From the NCBI GenBank assembly GCA_043228905.1, contig JBHGNT010000011.1:13578001-13642000 (forward strand): DNA of 64,000 bases, written 5' to 3'. Position 1 is the first letter of the stretch. Every line of letters begins with the position of its first letter. The notes under the pieces were generated by a model. It was not told where the DNA came from. It saw nothing but the letters and a program-made list of their open reading frames with translations, and did not search any database. This document shows positions 1 to 12,425 of the stretch, piece by piece. Source of the stretch: Azolla caroliniana. Lineage: Eukaryota; Plantae; Polypodiophyta. The position numbers and the translations under genes are program-made.

Positions 1-1106
1 AAAAGATATCATTTGCCATATGTTGGAAAACTACTGGAGCATTTGTAAGCCCGAATGGCATTATTGTGTACTCGAAGTGACCATATCGTGTGTGAAAAGC
101 AGTTTTCCATTCATCAACAGGTCGAATATGAACAAGGTTTTAAGCTCCTCGTAAGTCTAGCCTTGTGAAGTATTTGGCCCCATTGAGACATTCCAAGAGA
201 TTTGGAATCAATGGCAGAGCATATCGATTTTGAATCATAACCTTGTTCAAACCTCGATAGTCTATGACCAAACATAAAGAGCCATCTTTCAGCAGGAGAT
301 CGGGAATGTCGAATAAAGCCATTTGCAAGATTCTCATCAATATATTCTCGAAGAACTTTCAATTCTGACGGCGAAAGGTTATAAATTGGTCCCCATGGTG
401 GTTCCTTCTCAGCATGCAAATCAATGGGACAATCATATGGGTGATGATCAGGAAGTGTTGTGGCCTTTACCTTATCAAACACATCAGAAAATTCTTGATA
501 CTTTGATGGCAAATGGACCTCTGAATCTTGTGGGTTTGATAATGGGGTTATGACCACTACGAACACAAACATATCTTCTATTGTAGCTTCTTTATGTAAT
601 CTTTTGAGAGAGATAGTTGATATATGTCTTGGTGTTAGCTTTGAGGTTGATGTGGTGATGAGCCTTAAAGTGTTGTCTCATGAGTCTATGATTTCCCATT
701 TCTTCCAATCAATCTTTGGATTATGAAGTTCAAACCATGGCAACCCAAGAACAATTGGATGTTCAGGACTGCTTATGATATTAAAAGATATTACAGTAGC
801 TAAATTACCAAGAACTACACGAATAGGCTCTGATTCTTCAGTAATATCTCCTGATGCAATAGAACGTCCATCAGTTACTGCTACTGATGCTAGACGAGGA
901 AGCTTATAGAGTAGAATTTCTTGTGTTGTGGCAAAATCCCAATCCATGAAACATGAGTTGGCTCCTAAATACAAGAGCACAGATGCAAGAACTTGATGAC
1001 ATCTTGATGTGCTGAGTTGAACTTGCGTTGTGAAAACTTCACTAACTCGGTTCAATGAAATGGAACCTAAGCTCGGAACAAGTTCTATATTCTTTGATTG
1101 GTCCAA
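1..1106 (-). pseudogene. pol: pol fragments (protease, reverse transcriptase) of the Tcn1-like element
   Basis: ORFs 678-1106, 114-572 and 140-340 carry consecutive PR/RT motifs in shifting frames. Confidence 0.85.
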
Positions 1107-1282
1107 CCAAATGGCTCCGATTTTGGCTAGACTTACTCGCTTAACAACTCATCTAGTTGGCTTAGAACATCAAAACTATTGGATTGAGGGTTGTTGACAA
1201 GAGTTCTTGGTTTATTGGCTTTGACTGGAGAAGATGAATCAAAATTCTCAATAGCACTTACTTGATTTACTTGTCTCTTTGG

Positions 1283-2272
1283 TCAATGTGAACAATGTAT
1301 TGCTATATGTCCTGGACCACCACAGTATAGGCAAAGTCGATTTGCTCGATGTCGTTGTTTCTCGGCTTCGGACAATGGACCTCGACGACGTGCTGCATCA
1401 ATCTCCATTGGAGTAGGTCCATTAAAAGAATTAGGATTAGGAACTTGCATTGATCCTAAAGGTGGTGAGGCTAATGCTGAAGCATATGTTTGCTCAGATC
1501 TAAGGTGTGTCGACGTTTGTTGGCGCTCAAAACGTCTTTCGAACAAACGATTGTCACATCGAACTGCGCGGCTAATAGCTTCTGTCAGTGATTTGGGTTC
1601 ATCATGAAATATTAAGAGCAAGACTTTAACATCATTACGCAAACCATGCCGAAACAAGTCCATCATCGCTGCTTCATCCCAAGGGATATCACAAGCAAGA
1701 AGACGAAAATCAGCTATGTAAGCTGATGTTGGCCGATCTCCTTGGCGCAACCTACGTATCTTGTTTATTGTTGTTCTTACACTATCAGTATCACCAAAAC
1801 TAGCTTGGAATTCGTTGATAAAGGTATCAAAGTTTTCTTGTATTGGGGATTTCTTCTCTAGCAATGGTGCAAACCATGCTAGTGCGGTTCCTGTCAATAA
1901 TGTTCCAACTAACCCCACTCGAGCTACGTCAGTTGGATATCGGTTGGGATGCATATGAATTATAAGGCGTACCTGATTTAAGAATCCTCAGAATTGAGAC
2001 CTTGTACCATCAAATTTTTTTGGTAAACTAATTTTGGGTTCTTTCAACAAACTTTGAGAGGTTGAAGCTTGTTGTCGAAGAGATAACACAATAGCTTCAA
2101 GTTGTTGGACACGTTTTCAGAGTTCCTCATGTTGTTGTGCCTTTTCAACACTCACTTGTTGCAAGTCGCCAAGAAGTTTATGATTCTCTTGTTCGATTGC
2201 AACAAATTTTGTTGTTAGGAGGTCAAGTTCTGAGAGAATACACATATACTCTTGTTTACTGATAGTCTCCAT
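1283..2272 (-). pseudogene. gag: gag of the Tcn1-like element (METISKQEY...HCSH*), with internal stops
   Basis: ATG at 2272. A coiled-coil N-terminus leads into the ORF 1954-1283 (retrotransposon gag domain plus CCHC knuckle). TGA stops near 2118 and 1989. Confidence 0.8.
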
Positions 2273-2730
2273 TGTGACGGAAAAACGTCACTAGATACTT
2301 GAGAAAAAAAAAAAGTGGGATTCCAGTTCAAACTATTGCAACCCAAGCTTCGAAAACAAGGTCAATTTGGAAGAAAAGAAGATAATAACAAACGAGAAGA
2401 CGTTTACAAGACAAAAATACAAGAATTTCTATTACCGGAAACTGAGATTACAAGATTGTTGAAGACTTGTGTTGAACCGGAATGGTTCAACACTAACCAG
2501 ATCTTCGACTTATATACTATACATAAGAATGTGCATGATTGCCATTTGGCCTACATGTTGTGCGCCACTTGGCGTACAGGTTGCATGCCATTTGGTGATC
2601 ATCTAATGTGTCTAGTGCTCTAGAGTTTTTGAATAATAATAATATGAAAATGAGTTGGTGCAATGGTTAAAGCGTAAGATCATTGTTTGAAGGTCACAAG
2701 TTCAAACCTTGATATTCACATTTTGTGACA
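2273..2730 (-). repeat. Putative 5' LTR of the Tcn1-like element
   Basis: On minus it begins TGTCACA (same start as the related element at 62351), has TATATAAG at 2509-2516, and ends GTCACA just before the gag ATG. The inner boundary is tentative because the partner LTR is outside the window. Confidence 0.6.
2646..2724 (+). other. tRNA-like / Pol III A-box and B-box sequence inside the LTR
   Basis: TGGTGCAATGG (A box) and CAAG-TTCAAAC-CTTG (T-arm/B box) at tRNA-like spacing. No proper acceptor or anticodon stem. Confidence 0.5.
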
Positions 2731-2795
2731 CCCGGAGTCTCCAAATCCGGGAGTCTCATGGATTTGGACTCCATTTGGAAGCCGGCCAATGATCC

Positions 2796-2853
2796 CGACC
2801 TCTTTGGTCAATCCCTGGAGGATACGACCTCTTTGGTCAATCCCTGGAGGATA
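2796..2853 (+). repeat. Perfect 29-bp tandem duplication
   Basis: CGACCTCTTTGGTCAATCCCTGGAGGATA at 2796-2824 and 2825-2853. Confidence 0.97.
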
Positions 2854-2885
2854 TAAACCTGCTTCACAACATTGGGCATGGTGGG

Positions 2886-5089
2886 ATGACCACACCTACT
2901 ACAGATCATCACCATCACCATCACCATCCTCCTCCTCATGACATGCAATTGCTATACAATCCTTCTTGTAGCGAGCAACGAGCAAAGGTAGTGGAGGATA
3001 AGGAAGAAGAATTAGTAGAGGTGGGTGATGCTTATCAGAATAAGGCCACCACCACATTGAGTTGGTACAATGATAGCAACATTGGTACTAGGCCTCTAAG
3101 CCTAGAGCACATGGGTCATCTTTCTCTCACTATCCCTAGTCATGATCACCATTCCCTGAATTACAATTATGTAACCTATAATGGTGATCATCATCATGAT
3201 AATGTAGCCTTCCAATATGACATGGCAGGCTCATCTCTTTCGCCAATGCCGCCTTCGAATGGTCACCTTATCTCGAAATTCACGGGTTGCGAGAAATCAT
3301 CGGTCATGAATAGAGGCTCGGAAGAAGACGCCCGAACTATTATGATGACGAGAGTAGGGCCGCCCGAAACCATCGTGGAGAGAGCTCATTTGGGCCATAA
3401 TACACATGTCTTAGTTAAGCCCAACATTAAATCGTGTGGCTCTCGTAGTGACCTCCTCATCTCTAAAGGGACTCAATACAACTCTTGTGACGATCTTAGC
3501 GATACCAATCACCAACATCATGAGGATGATGATCATGATTGGGACAATCACTTGCACTACACGGATGACACCACCACTAACACCACCATCACCACCACCA
3601 CCAACAACAATGCTAGTAGTAGTAATTGTAGTACTATGTCCACAAAGTACCCTGTGACTACCTCGACATCCAAGAACTTGGTCTCAGAATGTCAGAGACG
3701 AAAGAACATTAACGAGAGGCTTTACTCCTTGATAGAAATTGTACCCAAGATTAGCAAGGTAGACTTAACATTATAAATGTAAATGAATTTGCTCTAATGT
3801 TGTGATGTACATAAGAATCCATGCCTAGCTAGTGTTATAGCCTATCCACACACACACACCCTTGGATTGTTTATTTTAGAGTTATGATCCATGGTGTCCA
3901 CTTCCATTTTATTTCATGCTAGATGGATAAGGCTTCGATCGTGGGTGATGCAATTAGCTACCTTCAAGAACTCCAAAAGCAAGTGGTAGATATGCAAACC
4001 GACATTTGGAACTTACAAATATCAAAGACAGATCCCGAAGTGCAAGTCCAATCTACAAGTAGTTGTGAGGAGAATAACCATGTAGATTGTGATCATGTCA
4101 ATATCTCCCATCGTGAGAATTTTGTAGAGCACAAGATTTTGCAAGTAATCTTAATACATGACTCATTGGAACTAGCCTTTATAGATACAAGTCAATTTAT
4201 TAAGGGCATGTCCGGAAATCATCAAATTGCACTAACTATAGCTCTGTATTCATCAATCTCTTGTGATATCTTTGCTCTACATTAATTAATAACATTTAAA
4301 ATTGATTAGCTTTAAATTTTTACGGATGTGTGTGTGTAGTTAGATGTTTGTACCATGGAGAACAATACATATCACCTTATGATACGTTGCAAGAAGGCCC
4401 GTGGAGTGCTAGTTCAACTAACGAGGGCATTGGAAGCCTTGAATTTTGAGATCGTCAACGCCAATATTAGTGCAATCAGCGATCATATTCTCAACACAGT
4501 TGTCATCAAGGTATGTATCATGTAGTTATTACATTATATTATAGCTTGCGAAAATATATGTCATATTCTTACTTTCCTCATGGTTAAAAAATGTTTACGC
4601 ATGGTGGTTTCGCCAATTCTAGGACAACTATGCTTCGTTGCTCATTTGTCTAGTATGGTCTTGTTGTTCATGCTCAAAGAAAATAGAAATACGCATATCT
4701 TATTTTCAACACAACTATCGAGGTATATATTATTATAGCTAGTTGCAACGTGGTAATAGAGTGTCATTTTAAAGTGTTTAGTATTTGCATAGTTTTCACT
4801 ATGTTGGTCTAATTATGAAGCCCAAGGATAGTTATGTAGGACTCGTGATCTTCTAACATATGGCCTACATCAATGAAAGAGCAAAATATCACTAAAGCAT
4901 GCTATGTTTAACACCACCCTCAGTTGCAAAAAGTAGTCTCGTACATTCAACCCTAAGATGGAAAAAGGTCCAATAATATATATATTTATTTTGGAATATG
5001 TGTAGGTAAGCAAGGACGATGTGTTGAAGGATGAAGAGCTCAAGGAGATGGTCCTAGGGATCATTCCCATGTTTGGATTATATGTATGA
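2886..5089 (+). CDS. bHLH transcription factor with C-terminal ACT-like domain (group III, FIT/DYT1/AMS-like); exons 2886-3758, 3923-4144, 4340-4510, 5006-5089; 449 aa
   Basis: bHLH SKNLVSECQRRKNINERLYSLIEIVPKISK|MDKASIVGDAISYLQEL. ACT-like YHLMIRCKKARGVLVQLTRALEALNFEIVNANI. Three phase-0 GT-AG introns keep the frame to TGA at 5087-5089. Confidence 0.88.
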
Positions 5090-6571
5090 CACATCCCGTG
5101 AAGCTCTAATGTAAGCCTTGATACTCAACAAGGTTCACGAGCATCTCATCTTTGATGAAATTAGAAACTATCGTAACACAAAAGGTGTGTAACCTTACTT
5201 GGTTCTTGAATCCATCTCCAATCCGACGTGAAAATTTTGTATCCCAATAATTGTAACCTTCGTTCTTGAATTTGACTTCAATTCTTTGTATAAATTGAGA
5301 TGTTCACGAAGAGGCTTATGTTTTGTACAATTGTATAAGCAATATTCCCGACAATGTGAGCCTACTATAGGTTATTTCTCACGTACCCATGAAATCCTTA
5401 GAAATCATGAATCTTTCCCATAGGTATGTGATAATGACATATTGATGGTTAAAAGACATAATTAATGATTACGTCAATGCCACAATATTATGTGGTTCTC
5501 GAATTTGGAACTATTTTATGTGGGAAAGATAGAGTGTATGAAGTGTAATCTTCCACCTTCCCAATTTGTACAACAAAAGTATGTGTAAAGTTTGTTAGTG
5601 TTATGGAGTGGCATGTGTATTGTATAGAAATTAGACAACAAAGTTGTTCCTACATGTAGTACACAACCAACCAATGAAAAGTTGTGATTCATTAAGTGCA
5701 CTCCTCAATGTTTTACACCCGTCAATCTTTGTACAACCACTAGTCAATTTTTACATGAACTCAATTTTTACAGGGTAGTACACTTGGTCTTGGGACAAAA
5801 AAGTAATCAACTCCCACTTAGAGAGATTCTTGACTCATCAAGCTATGTTCATTTTGATGGTTAAACATGGTTAAGAAGGGGTTGGTACAACTTTTTGCAC
5901 ATACAAAATGTTTGAGAGAAATTGCATGCCATATCCCCATGTAACTCATGTTGGAAAATTATCATCTTTCAATTGTCAATGGCACTGACCAAATAATGCC
6001 CAATCTTGTTGACCCAATGCCAATAAGCAACCTTCTTGATGGCATTCTTCGCCATTTGGAACCCTTCCTATCCATTCAAGGATACATAACAACAAGAAGT
6101 TTATTATATGCACAAAAAACAAGTGGCTCACACACACTTCCATTACATAGGCAAAGACATTGGTGACCAAGGTCATGATTCATAAAATAGAAGGGGACAA
6201 AGAATATGAAAACCAAAAAAAGCCCAAGAACAATGATAAAAAGACTCACTATTGACCCTTTTTGACAATTCTTGATCTACTTGCTATAAACCTCTTAAAG
6301 TAGTAAGTATCCCATCGCAAGAGCTTGGACTAAATTGTCTCAAGTTATCATGTATTGCTTGATTGTTTACATGTTGATTAAAGGTAGAAATTGACTTGTT
6401 TCAAATATATTATGAGACAAAGAGAAAATATTCAAACGCTAAACATGCAATCGGGATAAAACGAGGCACAAATGTCCTCATTTAAACAAACATTGGACCC
6501 AATATTGCAAATCGTTTGTCCTACATCGCCCACAAAATTGTAGAAAAGTGCCCATTGTTGGGAGTGGAGAC

Positions 6572-7387
6572 TGTCAGAGGTGAAACAAGCACAACATCAT
6601 AGTATCAGGAAACACAAATGGTGTTGTTTAACAAAAGAATTGGATAAACAAATTGAAGTATTCAAGAAGCAACTGATAGAGATCAAGATCAACAATGGAG
6701 AGAGACAGGGAGAGAAGAAGGCACCAAGAGGCATGAACAGAGTAATGTATTATTCAAACATTACAATACTAGAATGACACTATCCACTACTAAAGAACTA
6801 GGTTACAAAGCCACTTATATACTAATTGGGCTAGGGAAACTACCCTTTGACATATTTACATAATTGTCCTAAACCTATTTTGTCCAATGGGATAGTGTGA
6901 ATCGGCTTGTAGTCTAATCGGCAATGACAGAGAAACGAAAGGCTAGATTGGCTAAAGCCGAATTAGTTGTGCTCATTGCCGAATCCCGAAGGTGTCAAGA
7001 CCGATTGTCCGCGTGCATCCTTGTGTCCAACTCAATCATACTGATATTTCCTGATGCCGATCTAGTGCCAAAGAGACTAAAATTGGTCTACTAGAAGGCA
7101 CTTGGTCATCCCATCTGCTCTGATAACAAAAGAATCGGATGAACAAATTGAAGTATTCAACAAGCAATTGATAAAAACAATGGAGAGAGACAGGGAGAGA
7201 CGAAGGCACCAAGAGGCACGAACAGAGTAACTATATTATTCAAACGTTACAATACTAGAATGGAACTATCCACTACTAAAGAACTAGGTTACAAAGCCAA
7301 TTATATACCAATTGGGCTAGGCAACTACCCTTTGACATATTTACATAATTGTCCTAAACCTAGTTTGTCCAATGGGATAGTGTGAAT
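6572..7387 (-). mobile_element. Degenerate small LTR element (TRIM-like or deleted copia): two ~270-bp direct repeats with a Met-type PBS
   Basis: Repeats ~6628-6902 and ~7125-7387 are highly similar. Minus-strand TGTTATCAGAGC (cf. TGGTATCAGAGC) lies at 7117-7128. No coding sequence and no clear TSD. Confidence 0.55.
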
Positions 7388-8604
7388 ACGTCCATTATAC
7401 GCCCGTATTCTACACCCATGAGGTGGTGTTGCAAAGTTATGTGCATGCTTGTGAACGGAAGCAAGACCATTAGGGACAAACTAGAGAGGACAGGTTGCAG
7501 ATTAGAACTATTGTGTTGATGACTTCATGATACCTGTGGACATTTGGTTTAGTGGCTAGAGGTTTGTTTTATTCTTAAGATTTATTTGTAAGAGATCCAA
7601 CACTCAATAATAGTTATGCTATTTGTAAATATAAATCTTCTAACTCTATAGATGCAAGGTTTGAATCTTACCTTACATGAATACTCTATGTGGCACACTA
7701 GGCCTACACACTCATACTGTTATTTTATTCCCTATTTGGTGGTTAAAGGAGGAGGAGAAGGTTTGGAGACCCTCAAGGCAAAATCTTCATGTTGGCACAA
7801 TGAGGTTTCCTAAACGACAATTTGAGTTTCATCTTTCGTTGATTAAGCTCCAAAATCATGTAACTTTGCATCCCGAGCTCAGAAATTTGAGCCAAATAGT
7901 CCAACACATTCCTCGTTTGATCGTGATTAGTTTCACAATAAATAATTTAATATAAATATTAGAATTAGAAATTTCACGAATTGAGTATATATAAGTGAGT
8001 TTATCTTAAGTCTGTTACATAGAGTGACTTGAAAGGGAAATAGATTATGAAAATAGAGGTATAAGATTTGACGGTGGATTTTAAGAGGGATATCCACGGG
8101 TTTTAGTTCAGTGGAGCGATGTGATGGTTTCATTGCCTCTTGTCTTTGGTGGACTTGAGAACCCTCTTTATTCGCTACTCCAAGCTCGTAAATTGACCCT
8201 TTGCAATGAGTTCCATTCTCCCTTTTATAAGCCTCATGAGCACTTCATGCAAATAAAAATAACAACTCTCTTTTTTAGTATGTACCTTGCTTTTCATTTT
8301 TGCATGCACTCCTTTCGTTAGCGGTCTCGCACGAAAATATGGCTCATTTCGAACCACCATAACAATAAGGGAGAACCTCCCAAGCTTTTTCGACTTGCAA
8401 TCCATGCTAATGGTTGAGGAGCCATACACAGTCAAAAAGCAGGACATTTGATGCCCAGATGCTATATACATATGATGATCTCGGATGAGGTCACGGTCGT
8501 GGTCGTGAAAATCAGGGCAAGAATGGTCGAGCACGAGGTGGACGACGTCCATAACAGTTTAATTCCAAGTAGCAAGAAGGTCGAAACAGTTGAGGGAATT
8601 CCGG

Positions 8605-11600
8605 TGTCATGAAGATTCCGGACCATGGTGAGAAACTGGGGAATATCGGAAGAATAGGCGGGGTGGAGCATGTGCACTCACTCTTGTACAAATGGTGTAG
8701 GTAATAGGGGTGCCTTTATGGCACCGAGTAGGAGTTAAGTCGGGACAGAGAATCCCATGTAATAAGGGATTTATCCCACATTGTAACGCCTCCCTCTCCT
8801 TGTTCTACAAAAGGAAGGGAGGGTCCCTTGTAGAGGGGTTGCCTAGTTTGAGTTAGGAGGGTATACCACTTAGGTCTAGAGTTTGGTAGTGTTCTTCCTC
8901 TTCATCTTATACTTATTCCCTTAGGGTTTCTACTTTGGTCTTTTCACTCTATTTCGTTTTAGGGTTTTACTTTGGTCTTCTTCATTGTCTCGTGGGTTTG
9001 GTTCATTCTTTGAACGGAGATTAGTACTCCGTTTAGGTTCTTCTTTTTGTGAGAGTTTGTGCGAGTTAGGGTTTATGCATTTGGGGTCTTAGGGTATTAC
9101 TCTCTTTCTTCGTGTGAGAGTTTGGACTATTTTGGGGATTCAACAACGACGGCTTTTGGCATTCTGGTGGCGGCACTTGGAGGTTCGGTTTCCTCTCCTC
9201 GATGGAGAGCATTTCCCACGGCGGCCGGTTCAAGAAGGGTGGGCGAAGTGGCACGGGAACACTCCACCATCTTCGGGGCATGACCAACGGTGGACGTCAC
9301 GTCACGGTCCCGACGTCCCACTTGACTGGCCTTCACCAGTCCCCATTCTTATCTTGATGTATTTGCGGGTTTTTTTGTAATAGCCATTGGGTTCGGGGCA
9401 TGTAAACGTCTTGTTGTAAAATTATATTTATATATATTCATGTTAGCGTATATTTATCTTCCTTGTAACATATTTGAGTCGGGTCCATATTTCGCGATGA
9501 ACCGTCCTTCTGTGAAACCCCACATTCGTTGGAGCCGGAAGCCGATTCCGGACCAAAGCCCACAAAGCAAGACTCCACCATCTGTCTCCCTAGTCGAAGA
9601 CACCCGCGGTCCCGCCTAAGATCCTACACGTACCCGCTGAAAACCGCGACATATTTGGTGAACCCGACATGAATGGCGCCAAGGGGGAATGGAGGTGGAT
9701 GAAGAAGGCTGCATGGTGAAGGCAACTTCGAAGGCGATGATGAACATACATGGAAGAAGGGTGGACAAGAAACGGTTTGGAAGCGGTTGAGGGTGCGGTC
9801 GAAGAAGTCGACCATTGGAGTGGGGACGGGGTCCCAAAAATTTTAAATCCCACGATGCTCGGATTGAGAGGCAATGAGGAGATGTATGAGAGGCAACCAG
9901 GCTAAAGTATTTGCCGGGCGGTGGTAGCCGTATGGCATGAAGAGGACAAAGAGCTTCAAGAAGGTCACGGTTTGGGGTCCTTCGAGGGTGTTATCGAAGA
10001 TGCATGGGCATGGGTGGTCGAAGAGGCAAATTGAGGTCAAGAAGGAAGCCGCCTTCTCGACGGATGTGGAATAATGAGGAGACTGTGTAGGGGTCCGAGT
10101 TCGGTATGATGGTGCCATTATGGGGATGGTGTGGAACAAGTAACCTTTTCAACTTGCAGAGGAATACGCCTCCCTACACGAGGAGGGCGGGGCCTATGCG
10201 GAGGCTAGAAGAGCGTGCGATGGCGACGTGGGAGAGGGTGCAGAGCTAGCGACCCTCTCGTCTAGCGGAAAAGGGACGGCCATTGATGAGGCCGGTGACT
10301 ACAGAGCGGGGAGTGTCACTTCGAGAGTGGTCGGAGCAAGAGACGTGCGAGTGGCCATCAAGGGCCAAAGCGGAGCACGAGTATGGTACGGTGTTCGGCA
10401 CAGGTAGTGCCGAACAAGAAAGGCAGAAGACGGCACACAACGGTGCTGGGAACGAGAGCACGGGCTCGTAACAGGCTACATGGATTGGAGACCAGAAACA
10501 AGATCGAGGGCCGGAGAAGGATCCTCCATACTCACTTCGGAGATCTCGGCGGCTAAGTCAGAGTGGTAACGACTGGCATGGCAAGTCAAACCTGAGGTAA
10601 CAAGCTGGTGGGGGCGAGGGGACTACGCCACGCGGAAGGCTCCGAACTGGTGGCAACAACGCAACACTAAAGTGGCCAACCAGGCTACTACGGGGTATTC
10701 CTCAGATGCGGAGGACACCAATATGCGAAGAAACGGCGATGCATGATCTAGCCAGGCAAGGGCCGATGACGCGTGCATGGGAAGTAACCGGAGTTCGGCA
10801 CAGGCAGTGCTAGACACGAGAAAGGAATGCGCGGCACACGGAGGTGTCGTAGCGGCAATACAAGCATGAAGATGGGTTGTCGGTCCAGGTGATCTCCTGT
10901 AGAAGACCGGAGAGGGATCCTCCACACTAGTTCCAAAGACCTAGGCAGTTCGGCCGCCATGGCAACGTAAGACCAAGGACAAGGTAGGTGGCAGCAAGGG
11001 GCTTAAGGCGGTGGAGTACAGCGCGGAACGAGAATCTGGACAATGCGAAGGTCGACAGAGGCCAAGCGGGCCATCACTGGTGCTCCTCGGACGGAGGACA
11101 CCGCGTATCCGAAGGAATGAGAAGCGCGCATGTGGTCGAAAGAAGGGCCAACGGGGAAGCATGCACACTATGGGATTGCGGCGAATGACCTATCGACGGG
11201 TCGAACAAGCCTACGAGGGGGCAAATGCGGAGAGGGAACCGGAGCCGACGGTTCAGACCGGCGAGGCCAACGTAGCAGCCGGAATGCGGATTACGGAAAA
11301 CCGGTTCCTCACCGGCCGGAATCTCTCACCCTTCTCCGGACTTGGCACGTACGGGTGGATGTGCGGTTTGGTAGGGGTGGATGTTGTGAAGATTCCGGGC
11401 CATGGTGAGAAACCGGGGAATATCGGAAGAATCGGCGGGGTGGAGCATGGGCACTCACCCTTGTACAAATGGTGTAGGTAATAGGGGTGCCTTTATGGCG
11501 CTGAGTAGGAGTTAAGTCGGGACAGAGAATCCCATGTAATAAGGGATTTATCCCACATTGTAATGCCTCCATCTCCTTGTTCTACAAAAGGAAGGGAGGC

Positions 11601-12425
11601 TCCCTTGTAGAGGGGTTGCCCATTTTAAGTTAGGAGGGTATACCACTTAGGTCTAGAGTTTGGTAGTGTTCTTCCTCTTCATCTTATACTTGTTCCCTTA
11701 GGGTTTCTACTTTCATCTTTTCACTCTATTTCGTTTTAGGGTTTTACTTTGGACTTCTTCATTGCCTCGTCGGTTTGGTTCATTCTTTGAACGGAGGTTA
11801 GTACTCCGTTTAGGTTCTTCTTCTTGTGAGAGTTTGTGTGAGTTAGGGTTTATGCATTTGGGGTCTTAGGGTGTTACTCTCTTTCTTCGTGTGAGAGTTT
11901 GGACTGTTTTGAGGATTCAACAATGACGGATTTTGGCATTCCGGTGGCGGCACTTGGAGGTTCGGTTTTCTCTCCTCGATGGGGAGCGTTTCCCATGGCG
12001 GTCGGTTCAAGAAGGGAGGGCGAAGTGGCACGGGAACACTCCACCATCTTCGGGGCATGACTAATGGTGGACGTCGCAGTCCCAGCAGCCCACTTGACTC
12101 ACCTTCGCCGGTCCCCATTCTTATCTTGATGTATTTGCCTGTTGTTTTGTAATAGCCACCGAGTTCGGGGCATGTAAACATCTTGTTGTAAAACTATTAT
12201 TATATATATTCATGTTAGTGTATATCTATCTTCCTTGTAACATATTAGAGTCGGGTCCATATTCATGGTGAACCATCTTTCTGTGAAACCCTACATTGGT
12301 TGAAGCCGGAAGCCGATTCTAGATCGAAGCCCACAAAGCTTAAGGACTCCACCATCCGTCTCCCTAGTCGAAGACACCCGCAGTCCCGCTTAAGATCCTA
12401 CACGTACCCGCAGAAAACCGCGACA
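8605..12425 (+). mobile_element. Element A: non-autonomous LTR retrotransposon, LTRs 8605-9651 and 11382-12425, tRNA-Trp-type PBS
   Basis: ~1.05-kb TG..CA direct repeats (roughly 90% identical by eye). PBS TGGTGAACCCGACATGAAT at 9656-9674. PPT GGTAGGGGTGGA at 11370-11381. Flanks CCGG/CCAG. The 1.7-kb interior has no pol motifs. Confidence 0.9.

Larger units (their letters stand above)
1..2730 (-). mobile_element. Ty3/gypsy chromovirus-type (Tcn1/sushi-like) LTR retrotransposon, 5' part, degenerate; runs off the left edge
   Basis: Minus-strand order LTR > gag (GPTPMEID, CLYCGGPGH knuckle) > protease-like (LLYLGANSCFMD, PIVLGLPWF) > RT ([27 protein letters not shown], then minus-strand YTIMPFG near 55-75). 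Several stops and frameshifts. Confidence 0.9.
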
